DNA from: Eledone cirrhosa
Lineage: Eukaryota
Assembly: GCA_964016885.1 (NCBI GenBank)
Contig: OZ024757.1
Coordinates: 43,710,001 to 43,774,000 of the forward strand
Direction of reading: 5' to 3'
DNA length: 64,000 nucleotides
This document shows, piece after piece, positions 22,887 through 37,412 of the stretch; position 1 is the stretch's first letter; each line of letters begins with the position of its first letter. The notes under the pieces are model-generated. The model was not told where the DNA came from. It saw only the letters and a list, made by a program, of their open reading frames with translations, and ran no database searches. The position numbers and the translations under genes are program-made.

Positions 22887-25048
22887 TTTATTTTAAGAAA
22901 CCTTAATGACAAATAATATAAAGTGTTTGTAAAGTGGGGAAGAGTAGTTTTACGGTGGGGTTGTTATATAGATATCGTTTTTGCAGTGGGGTCGTGACTG
23001 GCGTATAATAATGAGTCACTGTTGATGTATATACAAATCATGTTTTGGATATAAGTGAAGTTATTTAAGAGATTTAGTTGTTTTGTATACATTCATAACG
23101 GTACGCGATGGGACCCACCCACAGCCCCGGCGGACAGAATGGAGAAGGCGTTTCCCCGGAGCACGGCAAGGGAGACGCGCTGGAAAAGCCACTCCAACTC
23201 GCGGGGCTCACACCTGCGGCTGGCCAGCTCAGCGCTTATGGTGGTGAGTAAGGAGGTAGCCCTGGGGCCGAGGACACCAGAAGTCTCCACTTCCAGGGGT
23301 ACGACCGCAAACCTGTCGGAGAGTGAACGATATGTGAGGAGTTTGGCCCCCTCAGACTGACGTGCAGCAGAACCTGGGCCAGTCGCAGACTGCACCAGGT
23401 TGCGGCTGCAGAAAGTGTCGGTGCAAGTGGCATCCCAGACGAGGGGTTTGCCACCGCGGAACGGGAAGATGGTCATGCCATCTAGCCTTTTGCCGTCCCC
23501 TCGAGCTGGGAAGGGAAGCCTGCAGCGTCCAAGCCATGCTTAATGACTTCGTTGAGGGCAGCATGGCGTGGATTGCGGGTGGAGGCCGAAAGAGTCCATG
23601 GTGGAACGGCAGCGACATTGGTGTGAGGCCGAGCCTCAGGGAAACGCCGATGCGCAAGCTATTGTTGTCTAGCTGCGTGCGAGTGGAGAAGGAGGGCAGG
23701 GCATGGAGCCAGGCCCCACTGTGGGGTTTGGAGGCTGCACGAAAACAAACAAGGCGGTGCTGGTCGAGCTGGCACGTGAGCCTGTCTGAGGCCAGGCTGC
23801 ACTGGATGGCATCCCAAGTGTGTTGGGGGGGACTTGACGTCAACAGGGGGAGAAGGAGGAGGAACGTCTACTGGGCTAAGTCCCAGCCGGTCCCACGTCT
23901 CACAGGCGGCCACGCGTTCTCTGAACACAGAGGGTTCTGCTGAAGAGGACGTGGTACGAGGTTACCGACGAAAGATATGCCGGCAAAGCTAGTGAGATCG
24001 GGGACTGGAGGCGAAGGCCGCCATACCTGACAGGTAAAGTTGCATATCTCATCGGCTGCTGCTCGGATACAAGTTTAGGTGTAGCACAGAGTGTATAGAG
24101 GAGCTTCGGCATGGCGTAGCAGTTCCTCAGCAGAAAGAGAACTGGGTGGCCATCAATCAAGCCCAGTCGGCTCGTGAGAGTCTGAACTTGATGGTGGAGC
24201 GGATGGCCGGCGGGTGGATCGGTGAGGGCATCCTCTTTGGGGGTCACCTGAACCTGGCGGAGAATGGACCGCACGTCCAAGACGGAGACTGCAAAGCTTG
24301 CAGCATCGAGGCTGACATTCACCACCTCCGACTTGGCTGAGTTGACCTGGAGGTCGATTCCCGCCAGGGCAGGAACCACCGATTGAAGGTCATGGCAGAC
24401 CGCCTGTACGGGCCCACCCAAAGTAGCATCATCCAGATACCAAACGTTGAGAGGGGCCGTTATACTCCGGGCGATGTGGTCAATACCAAGGGTGAACAGG
24501 AGGGGTCCCAAAGGGTTGCCCTGTTGGATCCCAGTAGCCAAGGGTATGACCGTATCAGCAGCATGTCGCATGCTCGGGGCTCCATATGACAGCTAGGCAG
24601 AGGGGGCTCGGCTGAGGCAGGCCTCGAGCAGATGATCCCAGCGTAAAGAGTTGAAGGCATTCCTCATGTCAAACTTGACAATGAGGTGGCTGGAGTCCCT
24701 GGATGCCGGTTCCGAGTGTTACGGACTTGCAGGTTACCTTGGCAGCCAGCCTCCGGAAGACATTGCCCACAGCAATGGGGCGTATGCCACCCTCTTTCTT
24801 CCTGAGAGCGGTGAAGCTGGCTGAAAAAAAGAGGCCTCGAGCATAAGAGTCCAGGGCGCCATGGATGAGCCTATTGGTGAGCGCCACAATTGCACTCAGA
24901 AGGCGGCGCCCGGCCTCAGCGGAGAGGGGAGATGTCAACTCCTTGAGGAGGCCTGGTCAGAGACCATCAACATCACCGCAGCTGCTAGCTGGGAAGGACC
25001 TGATGGCGGACATGATGTCTGCATCAGAAGCCACAAGGAGCAAGTGTG
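22887..25048 (-). mobile_element. CRE-clade non-LTR retrotransposon relic, copy 4 (short allele)
   Basis: ORF pieces 23093-23476, 23900-24571 and 24669-24938. Confidence 0.9.
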
Positions 25049-25680
25049 GATTACAATACAAAACCTCTGAGAATGATTTCTAAGATATTTCACCATAATT
25101 AATTTTCATCAATATATATTAATATTATTATTGTTTATTAGGTCAGGTGGATTGGCCAGAACAATTCTACTCTTCTTTTTTAGATGTCACGATTTTTCAT
25201 GGCATTCCTGAGATCATTAATCTCCAGCTGGAGATCCAGAGACATCTGATGTATGTAGGTGAACCTCAGTCATCCCACTTGGGTCTTACTATGTTTAGGT
25301 ATCCACCACAGGAGCCAGCTCATCAGGTCATCCTACCCTCAGCAGCAATGTCCAGCATCTATTGATTTCCGCTCCCTAGTTATTGTGGTAATCTTCGATA
25401 TCTGGGAATATATTTCTTCTGCTTAAGGGAGTAATAAATATATAGTTTTAAAAAAAACATATATATACACACACATATATATATGTTGTCATTTATAAGA
25501 GTTCTCTATCAAAAGCCTTCTCTATGTCCAAAGCTAAGTATAGTGGCTTATTTTTCTCTAAGAACCTCTTTTGTAGTTGTCTCACTAAGAAGAGGGCATC
25601 TGTTGCACTTTTCAGCGGCACAAAACCAAACTGCATCTCATACATATACATACATACATACATATACACATACATACATA

Positions 25681-26032
25681 CATCATCATCATCATCATCA
25701 TCATTTCGTTTTAAGTCCGCTTTTTCCCTGCTTGCAAGGGTGGGACGGGAACTGATTCTGGCTTGATTTCTACAGCTGGATGCCCTTCCTAACACCAACC
25801 TCATTTACAGTGAGTGCTGAGTGCTTTTTTGCCGTGGCACCTCCACGACCACTTTGCAGTGGAATGATATGGACCCCAGTCCCTATCATCTCATTTCTAC
25901 AGCTGAGTAAACTGGAGCAATGTGAAATAAAGTGTCTTGCTCAAGGAAACAACACATCACCCGGTCTGAGAATTGAACTCACAACCTTTCGATTGCCAGG
26001 CCAATGCTCGAACCACTAAGCCATGTGCCTCC
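25681..26032 (-). mobile_element. tRNA-derived SINE with RTE tail, copy
   Basis: Homologous to 13881-14232. Confidence 0.85.
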
Positions 26033-26542
26033 ATATACATATACATATACATACACATACATATACATGCATATATATATACATACATACATATATACAC
26101 ATACATACATACACATACATACACATATACATACATATATATACATACATACACATACATAGATATATATATATACATAATATAAATATACACACATACA
26201 CATACATAAGCATATACACATAAGTATATTTACATATACACACGTATATATACATATACATACATACATATATACACATACATACATATATACATACATA
26301 CACACATATACATACATATATACATATACACATACATACATATACATACATATACACATACATACATATATATATATACATACACACACATATATACATA
26401 CACACACATATATACAAACACATACATATACACATATATACACATACATACACATACATATACATACATATACACATATACACTCATATATACATATACA
26501 TACATACACACACATACATACATATATACATATACATACATA

Positions 26543-27090
26543 AAGACAAATCCACCTCATGGACGAGAATGCAAGGGCTCCTCCTCTTTGTTTCGGCCGC
26601 GGATGGCTAACCCTAACCCCATCCCCGCTCCCCACTGCTCCCAACCTCCAAACGCAATCCAAAATTTCAGAGTTGGTACCATTAATGTAGGCACCTTATA
26701 GGGTGGCTCTAACGAGGTTGTAGAAATGCTTGAACGTAAGGAGGTCGATGTTTGTTGTATTCAAGAGACCAGGTGGAGGGGTGGGTCTGCTAGATTCATC
26801 GTGGGTAAAGAACGATGCTATACGCTTTTCTGTGTGGCAAATGACAATGGGCTGGGTATACACATACCACCCCACCTCCCCACCGCAAAGTGGTCGTGGA
26901 GGCGCCGCGGCCAAAAAGCACCCAGCCCACACTGTAAAGCTGACGTGGAGGTGCCACGGAAAAAAAAAAGCACCCAGCACTCACTGCAAACGGGGTTGGC
27001 GTCAGGAAGGGCACCCAGCTGTAGAAACCAATCCAGAATCAGCTCCCACCCCACCCTTGCAAGCATGGAAAAGCGGACGTATGATGAAGT

Positions 27091-27093
<3 letters not shown>
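26543..27093 (+). mobile_element. Bipartite RTE derivative, copy
   Basis: Homologous to 14735-15285. Confidence 0.82.
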
Positions 27094-27149
<56 letters not shown>

Positions 27150-27888
27150 TATATATATACACATATATATATACACACATATATATCAGTGTACATATAT
27201 ATACATATATATATATATATAAATGAATATTTATTCAATTTAAAGCGCCAATTATCTATATATAACAAGATATGAATTTTTCTAGGGATGGGGAAATTTT
27301 CAGTTTGTTTTTATATTTTCACTTCATTTTTTACTTTCTATTTAATACAGTCTTTGATCCAATATAATCCTGACAGTATTTGAACCAGTTTACCTCATAT
27401 ATATGTATGCACACACAACACTCAAGTTTCGCCATCTACTGCTATTTCATTCATATTTATTGTTTAATTAACTCTGGTCTAATTCATCAACTATTGTTAA
27501 TTATATTATTACGTAGATTTCTTATAAAATCTAGTGCATATATACGTGTATATATACAGGGAGACACTGTAATAGATGTAAAGAGAGTGGGAGATAGAGT
27601 TATAGAAGTAAAGAGAGGGGGAGAACTAAGCGGTAGATAGAGTAATAGATGTAAAGAGAGGGTTAGAACGTTCAACTTGACAGTCAGTACAATGTTCAGC
27701 ATGGTAGCCAGTACATATGCCAACTACCCAACCGGCCAGCCAGCCGCATATGCGGTTGACTGGCCAGTTGGGCGGTTGGTATGTGGAACGTTCAACTACG
27801 CAGTCAGTACCAAAGTTCAACATTGTAGCCAGTGCATATGCCGATCGCCGCGCCCTCTTTGCTCTATTTTAATGACCTGGAACTAAGT

Positions 27889-28001
27889 AAAAAGAGTAGG
27901 AGATAACTCGACAAGAGCGGAGAGGGTGAGATTCGAACCATGTAAAGTCGTTGGCTCCTGAACTTCGTAAGCGGGGCTGCTACTGACTGAGCAGCGCCGG
28001 C
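27889..28001 (-). ncRNA. tRNA-like Pol III cassette, copy 5
   Basis: Homologous to 259-371. Confidence 0.5.
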
Positions 28002-28790
28002 AGCAAGGCAAATCGCGCATAAAATAACGCTTATATCGACAAAAAAAAAAAAAAAATTTCAATGTTGCACTCTTGTTTGTTGTTCTTTTATTTTACGTAA
28101 ACATTTCGCTGCTCTAGCCTCTTATTTCCTATTAGATTACACTTAATTCCATTAAACATTCATTCTTAGTCTCGTGGTAAACTATTTCATCTATATTTAT
28201 ATCGCTGTTACAGCCTTTTATTTCTACATCTATCACCTATAGCCACTGTTACGCCGGTAGTATAAGTAGCTTTATAACAAGAAACGATGATATAACTCCA
28301 CAAAATGTCTTCTTCAGCAAGACACTTCACTTCATATTGCTCCAGTACACCGAGTTACACATAGACAGATACATACATACATACACAGATAGAAATGAGA
28401 GGTAGATAGAGTAAAAGATTTAAAGAGAGTGTGAGAAGTACGAGTTAGATAGTGTAAAAGATTTAAAGAGAGGGTGAGAGTGTGACACACATTTATCTGT
28501 CTATCTCTCTCTATTTTAACACCGGTCGTTATAATTAGTTTTATAACACCGCTATATTACCGACATGAAAGAGGTAAATAATTATTTCTTAAATGTTTAG
28601 AACATGTTTCTCTTGTCTTCTTAAATGTATAGAACATGTTTCTTATTTATATTCTTAACATAGCTAGGACCTTATCTCATTTACTGGTCTCTACTTTTAG
28701 GGCTTTGCTGGTCCCATGTGCCCTCCATGAAGACACACTCGCCCCTTCTCTCTCAGTCTCCGTACTAATTACTACACATACGTATATATA

Positions 28791-30953
28791 TTTATTTTAA
28801 GAAACCTTAATGACAAATAATATAAAGTGTTTGTAAAGTGGGGAAGAGTAGTTTTACGGTGGGGTTGTTATATAGATATCGTTTTTGCAGTGGGGTCGTG
28901 ACTGGCGTATAATAATGAGTCACTGTTGATGTATATACAAATCATGTTTTGGATATAAGTGAAGTTATTTAAGAGATTTAGTTGTTTTGTATACATTCAT
29001 AACGGTACGCGATGGGACCCACCCACAGCCCCGGCGGACAGAATGGAGAAGGCGTTTCCCCGGAGCACGGCAAGGGAGACGCGCTGGAAAAGCCACTCCA
29101 ACTCGCGGGGCTCACACCTGCGGCTGGCCAGCTCAGCGCTTATGGTGGTGAGTAAGGAGGTAGCCCTGGGGCCGAGGACACCAGAAGTCTCCACTTCCAG
29201 GGGTACGACCGCAAACCTGTCGGAGAGTGAACGATATGTGAGGAGTTTGGCCCCCTCAGCCTGACGTGCAGCAGAACCTGGGCCAGTCGCAGACTGCACC
29301 AGGTTGCGGCTGCAGAAAGTGTCGGTGCAAGTGGCATCCCAGACGAGGGGTTTGCCACCGCGGAACGGGAAGATGGTCATGCCATCTAGCCTTTTGCCGT
29401 CCCCTCGAGCTGGGAAGGGAAGCCTGCAGCGTCCAAGCCATGCTTAATGACTTCGTTGAGGGCAGCATGGCGTGGATTGCGGGTGGAGGCCGAAAGAGTC
29501 CATGGTGGAACGGCAGCGACATTGGTGTGAGGCCGAGCCTCAGGGAAACGCCGATGCGCAAGCTATTGTTGTCTAGCTGCGTGCGAGTGGAGAAGGAGGG
29601 CAGGGCATGGAGCCAGGCCCCACTGTGGGGTTTGGAGGCTGCACGAAAACAAACAAGGCGGTGCTGGTCGAGCTGGCACGTGAGCCTGTCTGAGGCCAGG
29701 CTGCACTGGATGGCATCCCAAGTGTGTTGGGGGGGACTTGACGTCAACAGGGGGAGAAGGAGGAGGAACGTCTACTGGGCTAAGTCCCAGCCGGTCCCAC
29801 GTCTCACAGGCGGCCACGCGTTCTCTGAACACAGAGGGTTCTGCTGAAGAGGACGTGGTACGAGGTTACCGACGAAAGATATGCCGGCAAAGCTAGTGAG
29901 ATCGGGGACTGGAGGCGAAGGCCGCCATACCTGACAGGTAAAGTTGCATATCTCATCGGCTGCTGCTCGGATACAAGTTTAGGTGTAGCACAGAGTGTAT
30001 AGAGGAGCTTCGGCATGGCGTAGCAGTTCCTCAGCAGAAAGAGAACTGGGTGGCCATCAATCAAGCCCAGTCGGCTCGTGAGAGTCTGAACTTGATGGTG
30101 GAGCGGATGGCCGGCGGGTGGATCGGTGAGGGCATCCTCTTTGGGGGGTCACCTGAACCTGGCGGAGAATGGACCGCACGTCCAAGACGGAGACTGCAAA
30201 GCTTGCAGCATCGAGGCTGACATTCACCACCTCCGACTTGGCTGAGTTGACCTGGAGGTCGATTCCCGCCAGGGCAGGAACCACCGATTGAAGGTCATGG
30301 CAGACCGCCTGTACGGGCCCACCCAAAGTAGCATCATCCAGATACCAAACGTTGAGAGGGGCCGTTATACTCCGGGCGATGTGGTCAATACCAAGGGTGA
30401 ACAGGAGGGGTCCCAAAGGGTTGCCCTGTTGGATCCCAGTAGCCAAGGGTATGACCGTATCAGCAGCATGTCGCATGCTCGGGGCTCCATATGACAGCTA
30501 GGCAGAGGGGGCTCGGCTGAGGCAGGCCTCGAGCAGATGATCCCAGCGTAAAGAGTTGAAGGCATTCCTCATGTCAAACTTGACAATGAGGTGGCTGGAG
30601 TCCCTGGATGCCGGTTCCGAGTGTTACGGACTTGCAGGTTACCTTGGCAGCCAGCCTCCGGAAGACATTGCCCACAGCAATGGGGCGTATGCCACCCTCT
30701 TTCTTCCTGAGAGCGGTGAAGCTGGCTGAAAAAAAGAGGCCTCGAGCATAAGAGTCCAGGGCGCCATGGATGAGCCTATTGGTGAGCGCCACAATTGCAC
30801 TCAGAAGGCGGCGCCCGGCCTCAGCGGAGAGGGGAGATGTCAACTCCTTGAGGAGGCCTGGTCAGAGACCATCAACATCACCGCAGCTGCTAGCTGGGAA
30901 GGACCTGATGGCGGACATGATGTCTGCATCAGAAGCCACAAGGAGCAAGTGTG
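28791..30953 (-). mobile_element. CRE-clade non-LTR retrotransposon relic, copy 5 (short allele)
   Basis: ORF pieces 28997-29380, 30057-30476 and 30574-30843; extra G-run frameshift. Confidence 0.9.
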
Positions 30954-31585
30954 GATTACAATACAAAACCTCTGAGAATGATTTCTAAGATATTTCACCA
31001 TAATTAATTTTCATCAATATATATTAATATTATTATTGTTTATTAGGTCAGGTGGATTGGCCAGAACAATTCTACTCTTCTTTTTTAGATGTCACGATTT
31101 TTCATGGCATTCCTGAGATCATTAATCTCCAGCTGGAGATCCAGAGACATCTGATGTATGTAGGTGAACCTCAGTCATCCCACTTGGGTCTTACTATGTT
31201 TAGGTATCCACCACAGGAGCCAGCTCATCAGGTCATCCTACCCTCAGCAGCAATGTCCAGCATCTATTGATTTCCGCTCCCTAGTTATTGTGGTAATCTT
31301 CGATATCTGGGAATATATTTCTTCTGCTTAAGGGAGTAATAAATATATAGTTTTAAAAAAAACATATATATACACACACATATATATATGTTGTCATTTA
31401 TAAGAGTTCTCTATCAAAAGCCTTCTCTATGTCCAAAGCTAAGTATAGTGGCTTATTTTTCTCTAAGAACCTCTTTTGTAGTTGTCTCACTAAGAAGAGG
31501 GCATCTGTTGCACTTTTCAGCGGCACAAAACCAAACTGCATCTCATACATATACATACATACATACATATACACATACATACATA

Positions 31586-31937
31586 CATCATCATCATCAT
31601 CATCATCATTTCGTTTTAAGTCCGCTTTTTCCCTGCTTGCAAGGGTGGGACGGGAACTGATTCTGGCTTGATTTCTACAGCTGGATGCCCTTCCTAACAC
31701 CAACCTCATTTACAGTGAGTGCTGAGTGCTTTTTTGCCGTGGCACCTCCACGACCACTTTGCAGTGGAATGATATGGACCCCAGTCCCTATCATCTCATT
31801 TCTACAGCTGAGTAAACTGGAGCAATGTGAAATAAAGTGTCTTGCTCAAGGAAACAACACATCACCCGGTCTGAGAATTGAACTCACAACCTTTCGATTG
31901 CCAGGCCAATGCTCGAACCACTAAGCCATGTGCCTCC
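31586..31937 (-). mobile_element. tRNA-derived SINE with RTE tail, copy
   Basis: Homologous to 13881-14232. Confidence 0.85.
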
Positions 31938-32447
31938 ATATACATATACATATACATACACATACATATACATGCATTTATATATACATACATACATATA
32001 TACACATACATACATACACATACATACACATATACATACATATATATACATACATACACATACATAGATATATATATATACATAATATAAATATACACAC
32101 ATACACATACATAAGCATATACACATAAGTATATTTACATATACACACGTATATATACATATACATACATACATATATACACATACATACATATATACAT
32201 ACATACACACATATACATACATATATACATATACACATACATACATATACATACATATACACATACATACATATATATATATACATACACACACATATAT
32301 ACATACACACACATATATACAAACACATACATATACACATATATACACATACATACACATACATATACATACATATACACATATACACTCATATATACAT
32401 ATACATACATACACACACATACATACATATATACATATACATACATA

Positions 32448-32995
32448 AAGACAAATCCACCTCATGGACGAGAATGCAAGGGCTCCTCCTCTTTGTTTCG
32501 GCCGCGGATGGCTAACCCTAACCCCATCCCCGCTCCCCACTGCTCCCAACCTCCAAACGCAATCCAAAATTTCAGAGTTGGTACCATTAATGTAGGCACC
32601 TTATAGGGTGGCTCTAACGAGGTTGTAGAAATGCTTGAACGTAAGGAGGTCGATGTTTGTTGTATTCAAGAGACCAGGTGGAGGGGTGGGTCTGCTAGAT
32701 TCATCGTGGGTAAAGAACGATGCTATACGCTTTTCTGTGTGGCAAATGACAATGGGCTGGGTATACACATACCACCCCACCTCCCCACCGCAAAGTGGTC
32801 GTGGAGGCGCCGCGGCCAAAAAGCACCCAGCCCACACTGTAAAGCTGACGTGGAGGTGCCACGGAAAAAAAAAAGCACCCAGCACTCACTGCAAACGGGG
32901 TTGGCGTCAGGAAGGGCACCCAGCTGTAGAAACCAATCCAGAATCAGCTCCCACCCCACCCTTGCAAGCATGGAAAAGCGGACGTATGATGAAGT

Positions 32996-32998
<3 letters not shown>
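32448..32998 (+). mobile_element. Bipartite RTE derivative, copy
   Basis: Homologous to 14735-15285. Confidence 0.82.
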
Positions 32999-33050
<52 letters not shown>

Positions 33051-33789
33051 TATATATATACACATATATATATACACACATATATATCAGTGTACATATA
33101 TATACATATATATATATATATAAATGAATATTTATTCAATTTAAAGCGCCAATTATCTATATATAACAAGATATGAATTTTTCTAGGGATGGGGAAATTT
33201 TCAGTTTGTTTTTATATTTTCACTTCATTTTTTACTTTCTATTTAATACAGTCTTTGATCCAATATAATCCTGACAGTATTTGAACCAGTTTACCTCATA
33301 TATATGTATGCACACACAACACTCAAGTTTCGCCATCTACTGCTATTTCATTCATATTTATTGTTTAATTAACTCTGGTCTAATTCATCAACTATTGTTA
33401 ATTATATTATTACGTAGATTTCTTATAAAATCTAGTGCATATATACGTGTATATATACAGGGAGACACTGTAATAGATGTAAAGAGAGTGGGAGATAGAG
33501 TTATAGAAGTAAAGAGAGGGGGAGAACTAAGCGGTAGATAGAGTAATAGATGTAAAGAGAGGGTTAGAACGTTCAACTTGACAGTCAGTACAATGTTCAG
33601 CATGGTAGCCAGTACATATGCCAACTACCCAACCGGCCAGCCAGCCGCATATGCGGTTGACTGGCCAGTTGGGCGGTTGGTATGTGGAACGTTCAACTAC
33701 GCAGTCAGTACCAAAGTTCAACATTGTAGCCAGTGCATATGCCGATCGCCGCGCCCTCTTTGCTCTATTTTAATGACCTGGAACTAAGT

Positions 33790-33902
33790 AAAAAGAGTAG
33801 GAGATAACTCGACAAGAGCGGAGAGGGTGAGATTCGAACCATGTAAAGTCGTTGGCTCCTGAACTTCGTAAGCGGGGCTGCTACTGACTGAGCAGCGCCG
33901 GC
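33790..33902 (-). ncRNA. tRNA-like Pol III cassette, copy 6
   Basis: Homologous to 259-371. Confidence 0.5.
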
Positions 33903-34691
33903 AGCAAGGCAAATCGCGCATAAAATAACGCTTATATCGACAAAAAAAAAAAAAAAATTTCAATGTTGCACTCTTGTTTGTTGTTCTTTTATTTTACGTA
34001 AACATTTCGCTGCTCTAGCCTCTTATTTCCTATTAGATTACACTTAATTCCATTAAACATTCATTCTTAGTCTCGTGGTAAACTATTTCATCTATATTTA
34101 TATCGCTGTTACAGCCTTTTATTTCTACATCTATCACCTATAGCCACTGTTACGCCGGTAGTATAAGTAGCTTTATAACAAGAAACGATGATATAACTCC
34201 ACAAAATGTCTTCTTCAGCAAGACACTTCACTTCATATTGCTCCAGTACACCGAGTTACACATAGACAGATACATACATACATACACAGATAGAAATGAG
34301 AGGTAGATAGAGTAAAAGATTTAAAGAGAGTGTGAGAAGTACGAGTTAGATAGTGTAAAAGATTTAAAGAGAGGGTGAGAGTGTGACACACATTTATCTG
34401 TCTATCTCTCTCTATTTTAACACCGGTCGTTATAATTAGTTTTATAACACCGCTATATTACCGACATGAAAGAGGTAAATAATTATTTCTTAAATGTTTA
34501 GAACATGTTTCTCTTGTCTTCTTAAATGTATAGAACATGTTTCTTATTTATATTCTTAACATAGCTAGGACCTTATCTCATTTACTGGTCTCTACTTTTA
34601 GGGCTTTGCTGGTCCCATGTGCCCTCCATGAAGACACACTCGCCCCTTCTCTCTCAGTCTCCGTACTAATTACTACACATACGTATATATA

Positions 34692-36841
34692 TTTATTTTA
34701 AGAAACCTTAATGACAAATAATATAAAGTGTTTGTAAAGTGGGGAAGAGTAGTTTTACGGTGGGGTTGTTATATAGATATCGTTTTTGCAGTGGGGTCGT
34801 GACTGGCGTATAATAATGAGTCACTGTTGATGTATATACAAATCATGTTTTGGATATAAGTGAAGTTATTTAAGAGATTTAGTTGTTTTGTATACATTCA
34901 TAACGGTACGCGATGGGACCCACCCACAGCCCCGGCGGACAGAATGGAGAAGGCGTTTCCCCGGAGCACGGCAAGGGAGACGCGCTGGAAAAGCCACTCC
35001 AACTCGCGGGGCTCACACCTGCGGCTGGCCAGCTCAGCGCCTATGGTGGTGAGTAAGGAGGTAGCCCTGGGGCCGAGGACACCAGAAGTCTCCACTTCCA
35101 GGGGTACGACCGCAAACCTGTCGGAGAGTGAACGATATGTGAGGAGTTTGGCCCCCTCAGCCTGACGTGCAGCAGAACCTGGGCCAGTCGCAGACTGCAC
35201 CAGGTTGCGGCTGCAGAAAGTGTCGGTGCAAGTGGCATCCCAGACGAGGGGTTTGCCACCGCGGAACGGGAAGATGGTCATGCCATCTAGCCTTTTGCCG
35301 TCCCCTCGAGCTGGGAAGGGAAGCCTGCAGCGTCCAAGCCATGCTTAATGACTTCGTTGAGGGCAGCATGGCGTGGATTGCGGGTGGAGGCCGAAAGAGT
35401 CCATGGTGGAACGGCAGCGACATTGGTGTGAGGCCGAGCCTCAGGGAAACGCCGATGCGCAAGCTATTGTTGTCTAGCTGCGTGCGAGTGGAGAAGGAGG
35501 GAAGGGCATGGAGCCAGGCCCCACTGTGGGGTTTGGAGGCTGCACGAAAACAAACAAGGCGGTGCTGGTCGAGCTGGCACGTGAGCCTGTCTGAGGCCAG
35601 GCTGCACTGGATGGCATCCCAAGTGTGTTGGGGGGGACTTGACGTCAACAGGGGGAGAAGGAGGAGGAACGTCTACTGGGCTAAGTCCCAGCCGGTCCCA
35701 CGTCTCACAGGCGGCCACGCGTTCTCTGAACACAGAGGGTTCTGTTGTGTTTTGAAGAACCCTGCTGAAGAGGACGTGGTACGAGGTTACCGACGAAAGA
35801 TATGCCGGCAAAGCTAGTGAGATCGGGGACTGGAGGCGAAGGTCGCCATACCTGACAGGTAAAGTTGCATATCTCATCGGCTGCTGCTCGGATACAAGTT
35901 TAGGTGTAGCACAGAGTGTATAGAGGAGCTTCGGCATGGCGTAGCAGTTCCTCAGCAGAAAGAGAACTGGGTGGCCATCAATCAAGCCCAGTCGGCTCGT
36001 GAGAGTCTGGACTTGATGGAGGAGCGGATGGCCAGCGGGTGGATCGGTGAGGGCATCCTCTTTGGGGGGTCACCTGAACCTGGCGGAGAATGGACCGCAC
36101 GTCCAAGACGGAGACTGCAAAGCTTGCAGCATCGAGGCTGACATTCACCACCTCCGCCAGGGCAGGAACCACCGATTGAAGGTCATGGCAGAACGCCTGT
36201 ACGGGCCCACCCAAAGTAGCATCATCCAGATACCAAACGTTGAGAGGGGCCGTTATACTCCAGGCGATGTGGTCAATACCAAGGGTGAACAGGAGGGGTC
36301 CCAAAGGGTTGCCCTGTTGGATCCCAGTAGCCAAGGGTATGACCGTATCAGCAGCATGGCGCATGCTTGGGGCTCCATATGACAGGTAGGCAGAGGGGGC
36401 TCGGCTGAGGCAGGCCTCGAGCAGATGATCCCAGCGTAAAGAGTTGAAGGCATTCCTCATGTCAAACTTGACAATGAGGTGGCTGGAGGCCCTGGATGCC
36501 GGTTCCGAGTGTTACGGACTTGCAGATTACCTTGGCAGCCAGCCTCCGGAAGACATTGCCCACAGCAATGGGGCGTATGCCATCCTCTTTCTTCCTGAGA
36601 GCGGTGAGGCTGGCCGAAAAAAAGAGGCCTCGAGCATAAGAGTCCAGGGCGCCATGGATGAGCCTATTGGTGAGCGCCACAATTGCACTCAGAAGGCGGC
36701 GCCCGGCCTCAGCGGAGAGGGGAGATATCAACTCCTTGAGGAGGCCTGGTCAGAGACCATCAACATCTCCGCAGCTGCTAGCTGGGAAGGACCTGATGGC
36801 GGACATGATGTCTGCATCAGAAGCCACAAGGAGCAAGTGTG
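34692..36841 (-). mobile_element. CRE-clade non-LTR retrotransposon relic, copy 6 (mosaic allele)
   Basis: ORF pieces 34898-35281, 35978-36460 and 36462-36731; private 33-bp deletion near 36155. Confidence 0.9.
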
Positions 36842-37412
36842 GATTACAATACAAAACCTCTGAGAATGATTTCTAAGATATTTCACCATAATTAATTTTC
36901 ATCAATATATATTAATATTATTATTGTTTATTAGGTCAGGTGGATTGGCCAGAACAATTCTACTCTTCTTTTTTAGATGTCACGATTTTTCATGGCATTC
37001 CTGAGATCATTAATCTCCAGCTGGAGATCCAGAGACATCTGATGTATGTAGGTGAACCTCAGTCATCCCACTTGGCTCTTACTATGTTTAGGTATCCACC
37101 ACAGGAGCCAGCTCATCAGGTCATCCTACCCTCAGCAGCAATGTCCAGCATCTATTGATTTCCGCTCCCTAGTTATTGTGGTAATCTTCGATATCTGGGA
37201 ATATATTTCTTCTGCTTAAGGGAGTAATAAATATATAGTTTAAAAAAAAACATATATATACACACACATATATATATGTTGTCATTTATAAGAGTTCTCT
37301 ATCAAAAGCCTTCTCTATGTCCAAAGCTAAGTATAGTGGCTTATTTTTCTCTAAGAACCTCTTTTGTAGTTGTCTCACTAAGAAGAGGGCATCTGTTGCA
37401 CTTTTCAGCGGC